From sequence record SRR2962707_5284: 56,408 nucleotides of DNA. One strand, 5' to 3'. Made by a program: the position numbers and the translations under genes. Shown here in pieces: positions 46,467-56,408 of the stretch; position 1 is the first letter of the stretch, and each line of letters starts with the position of its first letter. A model generated the notes under the pieces. That model had not been told where the DNA came from. It saw only the letters and a list, made by a program, of their open reading frames with translations, and did not search any database.

Positions 46467-47657
46467 TTATCCGCCGTGGCGGGCAAGGATCCGTCTGAGA
46501 TGATCCGTCGAATGCCAGATTTGATGCGCACAGAAAATCCCAGCACAGCCCTTAAGGCTAAGCTGATGTTTAGCAGGGCGCTCGATGGTTCCACGGTATG
46601 TCCGTCCGGTCTCTGGGTCGCGCAGCGCTCCTTGCCAGGCGGTCCCATTGAATGCCAGATCCCTGAGGATCAAATCGCCAACTTGCGCATAAGGCGTGTC
46701 TTTCTCGTTCCAACTCCAGAGGAGACGAGCGCATTTTGACCCATCATTGGATGCGCAATCCTCGAAACTGACGATCACACCTAGGCCGGGGGATGCATAA
46801 GGACCATCAAGCTCAAACGCGTCACTTCGGCTGGCCAACATTGCCGCGACAACGGCAATCGCCAACATGGCTGCTTTGGCATTCAGGCTGGGGCGTTTGG
46901 GGGCCACGCGGCGATACTCTGTCAGGTATTCCGGGTGTTCCGTCTTCATAAGACGATCCCACCATGTGAAATACAGCCCCAGATTATAGCCCGCATGAGC
47001 ATGGTGAAGATCGTGATGGGTGACGCTGGTAAGCCAACCGAAAAGAGGCTTGTCGTTCCTGCCAGCGGGGAAAATTTCGATGCCACAATGGCCAACCGCG
47101 TTTCGCACCATCATGTGGGTCACAAAAATGAACAGTGCAATGGGGTGGGCGGATAGGATGACCAACACCAAAGGCAAGTAGATTGCGTTCACGACGGCCT
47201 CACCCACGTCAAAACTATATGAAGTGAACGGTGTAGGTTGATGGGATTTGTGGTGCAGGCGATGGAACCGGCGAAAAATCGGTGGATAGTGAAGCGCGCG
47301 GTGTGTCCAATAAAACCACGCGTCGTGCAGGACGATCAGCGTTGCGGTGCTGAACGCGAAATAGGCCAAACCAAATTCCGAGATGTCTTGGTAGATTGTC
47401 AGAACACCCGCCCTGGCACCCAGGACAATTGTTGTGCCTGAGGCCGTGAAGATGAGTACAGTGCGCAGGCTGGCCAGAATTTCCCGCCGAATTTGCCCTT
47501 TTGGCAGTGTCGATGACCTGATGGTTTGTGACACTAAACGCCGTGCCAGTAAAATATTGATCACAAGATAGGTTCCCCCAGCGCCCAGAATATAGCGCAA
47601 AAGGTCTTTGCCTAGGACGTCCGTGTAGATGGATAGGAGTGTATTGAATGAAGTCAT
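46467..47657 (-). CDS. Sterol desaturase/fatty acid hydroxylase fused to a DUF2147-like domain
   Basis: His boxes HDAWFYWTHRALH, FHRLHHKS, HHDLHH; C-terminal GALRDPETGRTY...LSLKGCAGIFC..QIW typical of DUF2147. Confidence 0.85.
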   Translation of the reverse strand: MTSFNTLLSIYTDVLGKDLLRYILGAGGTYLVINILLARRLVSQTIRSSTLPKGQIRREILASLRTVLIFTASGTTIVLGARAGVLTIYQDISEFGLAYFAFSTATLIVLHDAWFYWTHRALHYPPIFRRFHRLHHKSHQPTPFTSYSFDVGEAVVNAIYLPLVLVILSAHPIALFIFVTHMMVRNAVGHCGIEIFPAGRNDKPLFGWLTSVTHHDLHHAHAGYNLGLYFTWWDRLMKTEHPEYLTEYRRVAPKRPSLNAKAAMLAIAVVAAMLASRSDAFELDGPYASPGLGVIVSFEDCASNDGSKCARLLWSWNEKDTPYAQVGDLILRDLAFNGTAWQGALRDPETGRTYRGTIERPAKHQLSLKGCAGIFCAHQIWHSTDHLRRILARHGG

Positions 47658-47826
47658 TGTTTGCTCCGAATGGGATTTCACATGTCGGAAACTGTGATCT
47701 TCTCGTTGGGCCCGCTCTCGTCGTAATCAAATCTTGGCCGTCATATTTCCAATTCGGCTAGTATTTTTCACTTTCGGCGAGGGCAACTCGTTGACGGGTG
47801 ACCGAAATTTAACTTCATTTGAGCTT

Positions 47827-48843
47827 ATGACATCAGAATTGGATATTTTTTTGCGAGGTTGCGCTGTTGGGGTGCTTTGTCTGAGCGCCACCGTCTTTCT
47901 GACAAGCGGTGCTCTGAACCGTAAGCGCTTTGCGGTTGTTTCCCTTTGTCTGGGTCTTTGTGCCTACGTGATCGTGTCTTCCCAGACCATTGATCTGGGC
48001 AATGTATTGTTAGAAGGCACACTGGTGGTGATCGCGGGGGTGGTCCCGGTTCTGCTTTACTGGGCCTCGATTGAATTATTTCAGGATGAGGTCGAGTTCA
48101 AAACCTGGCAGCTTGTCGTTGGGGCTTTGATTGTCGGGTTGGCGTGGCTCTCCCAATGGCAGATTCAGTTGGGGGCCGTGCGCGGTGTCTGTGTGTTGAT
48201 CTTCTTTATTCATTTGTTGAAGATCATTATCTTGGGCGAACCCGGAGATCTGATCGCAGCCCGCCGTCAATTTCGGCGCTGGTTTTTGGTCTGGATTCTC
48301 AGCTTGGGCATTATAATCACCGGATTGGAAATCACCCATTTGGATAGCGGGCTTCCAACGGGGGCCTACACATTCCAAGCGATGGTTGTCTTCCTGTCTG
48401 CGGGTGCGTTCCTTGTTTGGTCGGTGCGGGTAGCCCCCGATGTCTGGGTGATGTCCCCCCCAAGGCGCGAAACGCCAACCAATCCCGCCCAAACGGCGCT
48501 GATCAAACGTATCAAGGCCGCGATGGCTGAGGGCCTATGGCGTCAGGAAGGGCTGACCGTTGCCGAGATGTCGGCACACTTGCAGACCCAAGAGCATCGT
48601 ATGAGATCTGCGATCAATCAAGCCATGGGCTATCGAAACTTTGCTAGTTTTATCAATGCATTCCGCATCGCAGAGGCGCAAAAAATGTTGATGTCTGATG
48701 AATTTGCCGATCGGACCGTGCTGAGCATTGCCTATGATGTTGGATTTTCATCTTTGGGACCGTTTAACCGGGCATTCCGGGCGCAAACCGGAACAACGCC
48801 GACAGAGTTTCGAAAGGCCAACCATCGCGAAGCGCAGCTGTAA
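47827..48843 (+). CDS. Membrane-anchored AraC family regulator
   Basis: About six TM segments, then INQAMGYRNFASFIN.FRI, IAYDVGFSSLGPFNRAFR..TG.TPTEFR. Confidence 0.9.
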   Translation: MTSELDIFLRGCAVGVLCLSATVFLTSGALNRKRFAVVSLCLGLCAYVIVSSQTIDLGNVLLEGTLVVIAGVVPVLLYWASIELFQDEVEFKTWQLVVGALIVGLAWLSQWQIQLGAVRGVCVLIFFIHLLKIIILGEPGDLIAARRQFRRWFLVWILSLGIIITGLEITHLDSGLPTGAYTFQAMVVFLSAGAFLVWSVRVAPDVWVMSPPRRETPTNPAQTALIKRIKAAMAEGLWRQEGLTVAEMSAHLQTQEHRMRSAINQAMGYRNFASFINAFRIAEAQKMLMSDEFADRTVLSIAYDVGFSSLGPFNRAFRAQTGTTPTEFRKANHREAQL

Positions 48844-49338
48844 GGCTAAGGTTGCGAGTCTTGTATCGATGGGAAGCTCAGTAACTTTCACAGCGGGGTA
48901 GATCGTTGAAGAGATGGCGTGCGGCATTTCACAAGGCCGGCGATCGTCCGAAGCTTTACCATTCATCGCGCGCAGATGTTTTAACGTCGCGGAGCCTGCA
49001 GACGCTATTTCCTGGTTACCACGCGATCAATTAAGATCATTTTGACCTAAAGACGCGAATGCCCTTTGAATGATCGGCCCTTAATCCATCCGTAACTGCG
49101 AGTACCTCGCTCACTGGCATTAAAGAGCATACAGGAGGATTTGGGTCTCATCGAAGTCTGCTGGGCGTGTTGTCCGAATGATCTTGGTCGCCTCTTGATC
49201 GGGAGCGGAAATACGACTGATTGTAAGACAATTGGGGGCACGCAAGAAAATGCGTGCCCCTTCTGTGACTGTTCCAAAAGATCTGTACAGTTTTTCAAAA
49301 CCAATCCCAACGTTTCCGCAAGGGCTGGGGCAAGAGCC

Positions 49339-50496
49339 CTAGGACGCGACGGCGACGATTTCAGTATGAGGATAATCTGCTTGCCGGTTCTGAAACGACA
49401 GAACCGAAGGTTTCACAACAACACCGGAGTCGACGTTTATCGCCCGCCGAATGGTCTCATTCTCTTGCCAAGCGGCGCGCCCATCAACCATTGTTGGGAG
49501 GTGCACAACAAGTGCGGCGGAAATCGACCGTGACGCGCTTTCCCAAAGATAATTTGGTGTGTGATCCACTGCGTAATAGTCCGTTTTTTCAACCTTAAAC
49601 ATTGGCTTCTTAAAGGTTGTTGGCTTGGCAAAGTAAAAGCCCATACCTTCATCACAGCTGACATCCACGATCAGGCTGCCGGGTTTGATAAAGGATTTTT
49701 CTTCTTCGACAATAAAGTCGATGGGGTGATCAGTGTCTTGGTAGGTGCCGTTTACGATGATGTCGGATTCTGAAATCAACTCGGTCAGGGGTCTTTCGCT
49801 GCCATCATGTTCCACGACTATCATACGCGCCTCGCCCTCTGCGCCTTCGCGAATCCGGACATAATCGCAATCCAGAACCTCTTCGCGGACTTCGTGATCC
49901 GGGCGCTGAATGCAAATTGTGATGTCCCGGAAGCCATGGGCTTTCAGGGCGTAGATGGCACCCCGGCTGACCGCGCCGAAGCTAAAGATGATGGTCTTGC
50001 GTTGATTGCCGTAGTGGCCATCAATCCCCTTAAGCCGTAAGGCATGCAAAATCGCGCAATACCCGGCCATTTCATTGTTTTTGTAGAAGGTGTGACGTCC
50101 GACTTGGCCCGAAGGGGACCAGACAAACATGTCTTCAAAAGCAACAAGCGTGAGCTTGCGGTCGATCGCGGCCTGCGTGATTTCCCGTTGTTGCGCACAA
50201 TGCGGATACCCCCACAGAATACCGTCGCTCTTTAATTCCTGAAGATCCGTCAATGTCGGTTTCGCAACAATGACGTTGCCAAGCTCACTCAAAAGCGTGG
50301 ACCGGGGCGCTACACCGCCGGATTGTTCGGCAATTTCGCTGTCGCTGAGTCCGAATGGCTCCCCGTAACCTTCTTCGAAAATGAGCTTTTCCCGATAAGC
50401 CTTTGGCAGTCTGGGCAGGTGGTCTGGGTGAAGTGGGACGCGCTTTTCATCTTCCTTCTTGGAGGTTCCAATGACTCCAAAGGTTAGCTTACTCAT
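49339..50496 (-). CDS. ceo: N(5)-(carboxyethyl)ornithine synthase family (AlaDh/PNT fold)
   Basis: TSKKEDEKRVPLHP, FEEGYG, WGYPHC, FYKNNEMAGY, DVSCD, YYAVDHTP. Confidence 0.8.
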   Translation of the reverse strand: MSKLTFGVIGTSKKEDEKRVPLHPDHLPRLPKAYREKLIFEEGYGEPFGLSDSEIAEQSGGVAPRSTLLSELGNVIVAKPTLTDLQELKSDGILWGYPHCAQQREITQAAIDRKLTLVAFEDMFVWSPSGQVGRHTFYKNNEMAGYCAILHALRLKGIDGHYGNQRKTIIFSFGAVSRGAIYALKAHGFRDITICIQRPDHEVREEVLDCDYVRIREGAEGEARMIVVEHDGSERPLTELISESDIIVNGTYQDTDHPIDFIVEEEKSFIKPGSLIVDVSCDEGMGFYFAKPTTFKKPMFKVEKTDYYAVDHTPNYLWESASRSISAALVVHLPTMVDGRAAWQENETIRRAINVDSGVVVKPSVLSFQNRQADYPHTEIVAVAS

Positions 50497-51322
50497 GTTC
50501 GTTCCATTTCCGGGGGCTTCCCCCTAAGTCTGTCGACGAAAATTTCATCGCAGGTCGTGCCAACATCGGTATGGAATGTCCTTGGATCATCCATACAGCT
50601 AGACCCGGATTGGCATCGAAACATGCCACCAGTGGTCTGCGTGTCTTAGAAAGCGTTGGCTACAGGTTGAGAGCCGTATCTCATTGGACAAGGTTTATCC
50701 ATCTAATAGGGAGATTTTCGTGCCGAACTCAGGTCGGGCGACGGTGGGATATTGAGGCGCGCTGTAAATATACCGCCATCCAGCAGGAAAAACCTGCGCT
50801 TTTATCATGAGCATGGAAAGCTTGGCGCTGGGATCCCTGGAAAATTTTCAATGTTGGAGGGGTTTTGGGGCAGGGGTATCGGCGTTTGGCCTCAACCATC
50901 GGATTTGGTGGTCTGTCGTCCGGCAAATAGGGCGGAATTGAGCTTGAGACACTGAACTTTCAAAGCTTTGTTATGTGGATCTGACCGTCAATAAAGCATT
51001 GGCACCGCTTAGATTTATCCATGCCATGAGCAGGGGAGAAGCGTCGGCAAAAGCTGGCGCGGACGGAGAAAAGGTTGCATTCACCTGTTGGTTGAAAGTT
51101 AAAAACGTCCTGAAATTGCGGCAATCACAGGAGAAATGGCCTATAAGATGCGTTCAAATGAGTTCAAAGGGTTAGGCTAATCTCGAAATTAAGTGTAAGC
51201 TTTTTGTAAACTGCTATTATAACCGCGGAGCATGATAGCCGCCTGCAAAGTCGTGGGAGGCTTCATAGCCAAGGAGACACAAGTCTCCCAACTACGACTA
51301 ACTTCACAACAAGGAGTACAAA

Positions 51323-51760
51323 ATGACAGTCAAAATTGTCATTGGCCTGGACGGGACAGACACAGGGGAACGCGCACTTACTTTCGCGAAAGAGCTTGCC
51401 TCTCGGATCGACGATTGCGAATTGCTTGCCATATATGTCATCGAATGGTCGCCATTCACCTTCCAAACACCGGAAGAGAATGCCCAGCGTCACAAGCGGC
51501 GCGAAGAAGAAATCGAAACAGCGACAACACGTATTGTGACCCCCGCAGTCACAGCTTTGCGCGAGGCTGGATTCAAAGCCAGCGGTTTGGTTCGGCACGG
51601 TGACGTGGCCGAGACCATTAACGCGCTGACAGTTGAGAACGGCGGATCGCAGATTATTGTGGGTCGGTCTTCCTCAGCTGGATTGACCAATCGTATTTTC
51701 GGCAGTTCAACACAGAACTTGGTGATGCATGCTGACGTGCCTGTCACTGTTGTCGGGTAG
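51323..51760 (+). CDS. Universal stress protein
   Basis: KIVIGLDG, VRHGD, IIVGR, FGSSTQNLV..ADVPVTVV; AAGGAG RBS. Confidence 0.92.
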   Translation: MTVKIVIGLDGTDTGERALTFAKELASRIDDCELLAIYVIEWSPFTFQTPEENAQRHKRREEEIETATTRIVTPAVTALREAGFKASGLVRHGDVAETINALTVENGGSQIIVGRSSSAGLTNRIFGSSTQNLVMHADVPVTVVG

Positions 51761-51769
51761 GGGGTAAAC

Positions 51770-53323
51770 ATGAAAATCAATTCAAAATTCGCGCTGACCT
51801 CTGCGGTGGCAGCAATGATGTCCAGCCCGTTGGCGGCGCAAGAAGCCATGGGTATCGATGAAAAGGTCAATCAGGTCTTCGCTCAAGTGACTGGACCCTT
51901 TGTTAATTTTATCTTCATGTCCTTGCCCGGAACGAACTTCCCTTGGATCGTTCTGTGGCTTGTTGTTGCGGCAAGCATTTTCACTTTCTACTTTGGTTTT
52001 GTTCAGTTCCGGTTCTTCAAACATGCCATTCAATTGGTGAAAGGGGATTATTCGGATCCACATGACGCGGGTGAAGTGAGCCACTTTCAGGCGCTGGCAA
52101 CAGCCTTGTCAGGGACTGTTGGTCTTGGAAACATTGCCGGTGTTGCGGTTGCGGTTGGCATTGGTGGCCCGGGCGCGACGTTCTGGATGATCCTTGCCGG
52201 TCTTCTGGGGATGGCGTCCAAGTTCACGGAATGTACGCTGGGTGTGAAATATCGTAACGAATACAAGGACGGTACGGTTTCCGGTGGTCCGATGTATTAC
52301 ATCTCGAAGGGCTTTACCGAACTTGGCTTGCCAGGTGGTAAGATCCTCGCGGTTCTGTTTTCGATCTTCTGTATCCTGGGTGCTTTGGGCGGTGGGAACA
52401 TGTTCCAAGCCAACCAAGCGCATGCGCAGATTTCCGGCATTGTCGGCGATTATCCAGGTTGGATCACAGGTCTGATTTTTGCGGGTGTGGTTTTTGCCGT
52501 CATCGTCGGTGGTATCAAATCCATCGCGAATGTGACTGAAAAAGTCGTTCCGATTATGGGCATCCTCTATGTGGGCGCCGCTGCGATCATTCTGATTGTA
52601 AACTATGACATGATCGGCTGGGCCTTTGGTCAGATTTTCGCTGGGGCCTTTACCGGTCTGGGTGTTGCTGGCGGTATGGTCGGCGCGTTGATCCAAGGTT
52701 TCAAACGAGCGGCGTTTTCGAACGAAGCCGGGGTTGGCTCTGCGGCGATTGCGCACTCTGCGGTGAAAACCAAAGAACCGATCACAGAAGGCTTTGTGTC
52801 CCTGCTTGAGCCTCTGATTGATACTGTAGTGATCTGTACAATGACCGCTTTGGTTATCGTGATTTCACAGCAATTGATCATTGATCCTGCAACGGGCAAC
52901 TACATGCTCAACGAAGCAGGTTCGGCGATTGCGACGGTTGATGGCAATTCGGGTGTCGCTTTGACATCTGCAGCCTTTGCATCGGGTATCAGCTGGTTCC
53001 CATATGTCTTGGCGATCGCCGTGATCCTGTTCGCTTTCTCGACCATGATCTCTTGGTCATATTACGGTCTGAAAGCGTGGACCTACCTGTTCGGCGAAGG
53101 CAAGACCACTGAGCTGGTGTTCAAAGTGATCTTCTGCATCTTCATCGTGATCGGTGCAGCTGCCAGCCTTGGCCCGGTCATCGACTTCTCGGATGCAGCG
53201 ATCTTTGCAATGGCCGTGGTGAACATCTTCTGTCTCTACTTCTTGATGAAGTTGGTACGCAAAGAGCTGTCTTCTTATGCGTCACGTCTTGATAGTGGCG
53301 AAATCAAGAAATTCGCCAAATAA
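51770..53323 (+). CDS. Alanine/glycine:cation symporter (AGCS)
   Basis: GEVSHFQAL, GTVGLGNIAGVA, GGPMYY, FSNEAGVGSA, IDTVVICTMT. Confidence 0.95.
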   Translation: MKINSKFALTSAVAAMMSSPLAAQEAMGIDEKVNQVFAQVTGPFVNFIFMSLPGTNFPWIVLWLVVAASIFTFYFGFVQFRFFKHAIQLVKGDYSDPHDAGEVSHFQALATALSGTVGLGNIAGVAVAVGIGGPGATFWMILAGLLGMASKFTECTLGVKYRNEYKDGTVSGGPMYYISKGFTELGLPGGKILAVLFSIFCILGALGGGNMFQANQAHAQISGIVGDYPGWITGLIFAGVVFAVIVGGIKSIANVTEKVVPIMGILYVGAAAIILIVNYDMIGWAFGQIFAGAFTGLGVAGGMVGALIQGFKRAAFSNEAGVGSAAIAHSAVKTKEPITEGFVSLLEPLIDTVVICTMTALVIVISQQLIIDPATGNYMLNEAGSAIATVDGNSGVALTSAAFASGISWFPYVLAIAVILFAFSTMISWSYYGLKAWTYLFGEGKTTELVFKVIFCIFIVIGAAASLGPVIDFSDAAIFAMAVVNIFCLYFLMKLVRKELSSYASRLDSGEIKKFAK

Positions 53324-53459
53324 GAAAATCTCCGGTGCATGTTTATGCGCCGGACCCTTTCCGGACCAAGGTCATTGGGACAGGGACGGAGCAGTCAAAC
53401 GACTCTGGAATTCGCTTGATCGAGAACAGGTCTTTGACGACAGGTCTATTGTCGGCAGG

Positions 53460-54596
53460 TCAGTCTCTCTTGAGGACATGGGCCAAGGCAATAATCAGTA
53501 GCGCGAGACAGGCTAAGAGAAAGAACGCTGTTCGCAGGCCAAGCGCTTCGCTGACAAAACCAATCACAACCGGGCCCAACAGCAGTCCGCCATATCCCAA
53601 TGTCGCGACGCTCGCGATCGCTCGACCGGGCGGGACATTGTCGTCATTGGCAGCCCTCGAGAATGCCAAGGGCACCATCACGGCATACCCAAATCCCAAG
53701 AGCGTGAAACCAATTAACGAGGGAATGAATCCTGGCCATGCGACGGCCAATCCAGCACCCATCACCGCGCTTGCGCCGCTTAAACGGGCCGAGTTGACCG
53801 GGCCAAGCCAAAAGATCAGCCTGTCCCCCAACACTCGAATGGTGACCATGGCGATTGAAAATACCGTATAACCCAACGCCGCGTTCTGTGGCGACACTTT
53901 GGAGATATCGATCAGATAGATCGCGCTCCAATCAGCCATTGCGCCTTCTCCAATCGACGCGCAGGCCGCCAGAACGCCAACGAGGGCCAGAACACCGGTT
54001 GGGAAAGCAAACAAAGAGGCCTTTTTCGGGGACGAGGAAACCGAGGATGTCCAACGGATCGACGCAAAGAAAACGGTTCCAATGGCGAAAAGCGTACCGA
54101 AAATCGCAAAATGCTGAGCGACACTCAGGCCGAACGAGACTGCTGCAAAACCCGAGGCGGCCCCAACCCCTGCGCCGATACTGAACATGGCATGGAAGGA
54201 TGACATAATTGGTCGCCCTGCGGCCCGTTCGACTTCTGCGGCCCAAGCATTCATTGTGACATCCATCGCACCGTGAAAAGCGCCAAAGGCAAAAAGGGCG
54301 AAGGCAAGGCTCCAAAATCCGCCAGCAAAGGGGATGGCGGCCAAGGAGATTGTGTAAAACGCGGCGACCAGTCGCGAAACCAATGCAGCCCCCACCTGAT
54401 CAGAGAAGCGTCCGGCAATCGGAAAGGAGCAGATCGCGCCACCTGCCATAAAAAGCAGGGCAATTCCCAAAGCCGCGTGATCAAGACCCAGGGCTTCTTT
54501 GACGGCCGGCACACGGGATGCCCACATGCCGTATAGCGCCCCGTTTAAAATGAAAATGGCGGAAACTGCGACGCGAGGCGTTCGAAAGCTAGACAT
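53460..54596 (-). CDS. MFS transporter (YbjJ-like)
   Basis: WASRVP, DVTMNA, MSSFHAMFSIG, EGAMADWS; start ATG 54596 overlaps the DeoR end. Confidence 0.9.
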   Translation of the reverse strand: MSSFRTPRVAVSAIFILNGALYGMWASRVPAVKEALGLDHAALGIALLFMAGGAICSFPIAGRFSDQVGAALVSRLVAAFYTISLAAIPFAGGFWSLAFALFAFGAFHGAMDVTMNAWAAEVERAAGRPIMSSFHAMFSIGAGVGAASGFAAVSFGLSVAQHFAIFGTLFAIGTVFFASIRWTSSVSSSPKKASLFAFPTGVLALVGVLAACASIGEGAMADWSAIYLIDISKVSPQNAALGYTVFSIAMVTIRVLGDRLIFWLGPVNSARLSGASAVMGAGLAVAWPGFIPSLIGFTLLGFGYAVMVPLAFSRAANDDNVPPGRAIASVATLGYGGLLLGPVVIGFVSEALGLRTAFFLLACLALLIIALAHVLKRD

Positions 54597-55350
54597 GTGT
54601 GATTTCGATCCCATGAGTTTGAAAACCGTCCAGACCAACAGGATCGGCATCGGTGATGATGTGATCAATTTGGTCTGGAGAAAGGGTATGATACGGCGCA
54701 CGCAACCCAATTTTGGAAGCCGGGGCAAGAATGGCACAGCTTTGACTGTTCAGGGCCGCCTGTCGTTTGAGTTGAGATTCAGGTAGCTCGTCCGAGCTTA
54801 ACCCTGTTTGGGCATCTAAGCCGCAGGCGCCAAGGACCGCTAGGTCGAGATTAAGGCGTTGTAAGTCTCGGTCTGCTTCGGGACCAACCGCGATGCCGCC
54901 GGAAATGCTGATATGTCCGCCAATCAAATGCACGGCGTCACCACGTTCGGCACAGGCGGTTGCAACCCAAGGGGAGGGCGTCACCACAAGGCGGTTTGCA
55001 TGTTTCGGTAAGGCCTTTGCTAAGGCTAAAACGGTTGATCCCCCGTCGAGGAACAGTGTTTTTACGTTGCTGGCCATGGGAATCGCGGCTTCGGTCAATC
55101 GCGCCGGGGGCTGCGTCCTGTGTTCGAGTTTTCCAAGCATCGACAGCGATGGCGGGCGAACAGGCAATGCACCGCCACGCACCCGACGGACCCGTCCTGC
55201 GCTTTCCAAAGCAATCAGATCGCGTCGGATGGTGTCCAGAGATACGTTGAATTCGCGCGCAATATCCGCGGCGATCAAGGGCTGATTGTCGGCTAACCGG
55301 GCGATAAGCGCCTGCTGGCGAATATCCGGAATATTGAGATCCATAACCAT
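54589..55350 (-). CDS. DeoR/GlpR family regulator
   Basis: FNVSLDTIRRDL..LE..G...RVRGGA, LFLDGGST, IITDA. Confidence 0.92.
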   Translation of the reverse strand: MVMDLNIPDIRQQALIARLADNQPLIAADIAREFNVSLDTIRRDLIALESAGRVRRVRGGALPVRPPSLSMLGKLEHRTQPPARLTEAAIPMASNVKTLFLDGGSTVLALAKALPKHANRLVVTPSPWVATACAERGDAVHLIGGHISISGGIAVGPEADRDLQRLNLDLAVLGACGLDAQTGLSSDELPESQLKRQAALNSQSCAILAPASKIGLRAPYHTLSPDQIDHIITDADPVGLDGFQTHGIEITHV

Positions 55351-55426
55351 TCCTGCAAGTTACTGCAGGACCATGCATAAGCTTGCAATTTAGGTTTGCC
55401 AAGTGAAAATCGTCAGTAGATACAAT

Positions 55427-56356
55427 CTAGGGGAGCAAGGTCAGCCAGCCTAGAATCGTGAAAGTGCTAAGCGCTGTTGCAATCAACACAGACGATGCGG
55501 CGACCCGTCGGGCCCGACCATACATATTCGCAAAAATATAACCATTGATGCCGGGCGCCATGGAGGCGGTTGTGACCACCGAGCGAAAGGCGGAGTTTTG
55601 AAGGTCGAGTAAGCTGCCCATCGTCCAGACTATGGCTGGCTGAATAAGCAGGGACACAAAGCACACCATGGCGATGACCCGCATGTCGCCGGCTGGGCGG
55701 TAGCGAAACAACACGCCGCCCATGCCAAAAAGCACCGCGGGAAGGGCCGCACGGATCATCATATCAAGTGCACTTGTCACGGTCTCGGGCAAGCCGATAC
55801 CCAAGATATTAAAACTTAAGCCCAGCGTAATTCCAAGGATCAGCGCATTTCGGAACATCGCGCGCAAAACCGTCATAGGTAGCTTTTTGAGGCTGTTTCC
55901 TTTGGCTCTGGCGATTTCCATAGCTGTGATCCCGATGCCGTAACAGAGCGGGGAATGCAGCGCGATGACCGCGTAATTGGCCTCGAGCGCATCTGCGCCA
56001 AAGGCGCGTTCAGTGATCGGCAGGCCCAGCATCAGTGAATTGGCAAAAAGCGTGCAAAACCCAATGGCCACCGCATCTTCCCAATCCCGCTTAAAAATAT
56101 AACGGGCCGCTAATAGGCCGAGAAAGAAACAGGTTATCGACCCGGTGTAAAAGCTTACCAGCACCGGGGCATTGAAGGATTGCTCCAAGTCCAATGTCCA
56201 AAGAGCGCGGAACAACAGGCAGGGCATGGCAAAGGATTGGGCAAATTTCATCAACCCATCAACGCCGCTGTCGGAAAACCATCCGCGCCAAACCGCGCCA
56301 TAGCCTGCAGCGATCACCAGAAAAACCGGTAGGATGACGTTCAACAAGGCTTGCAT
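55427..56356 (-). CDS. AEC (auxin efflux carrier) family transporter
   Basis: VILPVFLVIAAGY, FANSLMLGLPI, MAPGINGYIFA. Confidence 0.92.
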   Translation of the reverse strand: MQALLNVILPVFLVIAAGYGAVWRGWFSDSGVDGLMKFAQSFAMPCLLFRALWTLDLEQSFNAPVLVSFYTGSITCFFLGLLAARYIFKRDWEDAVAIGFCTLFANSLMLGLPITERAFGADALEANYAVIALHSPLCYGIGITAMEIARAKGNSLKKLPMTVLRAMFRNALILGITLGLSFNILGIGLPETVTSALDMMIRAALPAVLFGMGGVLFRYRPAGDMRVIAMVCFVSLLIQPAIVWTMGSLLDLQNSAFRSVVTTASMAPGINGYIFANMYGRARRVAASSVLIATALSTFTILGWLTLLP

Positions 56357-56408
56357 AGCGACGATCCTGATTTCAATGGCGGATTTTGCGTATTTAAAAA
56401 GAGAAGAT

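Noticed and set aside
50520-51300. Possible gene relic (HDKSAGF, faintly cytochrome b561-like) or riboswitch upstream of ceo/usp
   Set aside because: Similarity too weak, and I could not recognise a riboswitch consensus.
1-56408. CRISPR array, rRNA, phage or defence genes
   Set aside because: No regularly spaced repeats or recognisable genes of these kinds seen.

Overview
Accessory, catabolism-rich region, probably from a marine Rhodobacteraceae/Roseobacter-group alphaproteobacterium (inferred from gene families). It begins at the 3' end of a tRNA, probably Leu(GAG). (1) 1.2-10.4 kb: OccR/NocR-like LysR, a PotABCD-like ABC transporter and a flavin opine-dehydrogenase-type B1-C-A-(Rid)-B2 cluster. 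(2) 10.8 kb: decayed IS5-family transposase. (3) 11.1-39.4 kb: a ~28 kb aromatic/polyphenol catabolic super-cluster with three NodD/FdeR-like LysRs and a gene set matching the fde-type flavonoid-degradation families (FAD monooxygenase, VOC dioxygenase, Rieske, cyclase, alpha/beta hydrolase, cupin, NAD epimerase, FAH). It also has a second monooxygenase/catechol-2,3-dioxygenase operon carrying an unusual kinase + active-site-altered enolase + 2-hydroxyacid dehydrogenase module, a dedicated porin, a TRAP transporter lacking the carboxylate-binding Arg, and an MBL hydrolase. Eight nod-box-like motifs (ATY-N9-RAT-N7-ATY-N9/10-AAT, some degenerate) sit upstream of these transcription units and tie them into one putative regulon. 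One monooxygenase is frameshifted. (4) 40.9-46 kb: stand-alone A-PCP-TE(Cys)-Ig protein, atypical P450 and deaminase-like protein. (5) Sterol desaturase-DUF2147 fusion with AraC, N5-carboxyethyl-ornithine synthase, then ordinary genes (USP, AGCS, MFS/DeoR, AEC). All family calls come from reading motifs by eye; no database searches were run.
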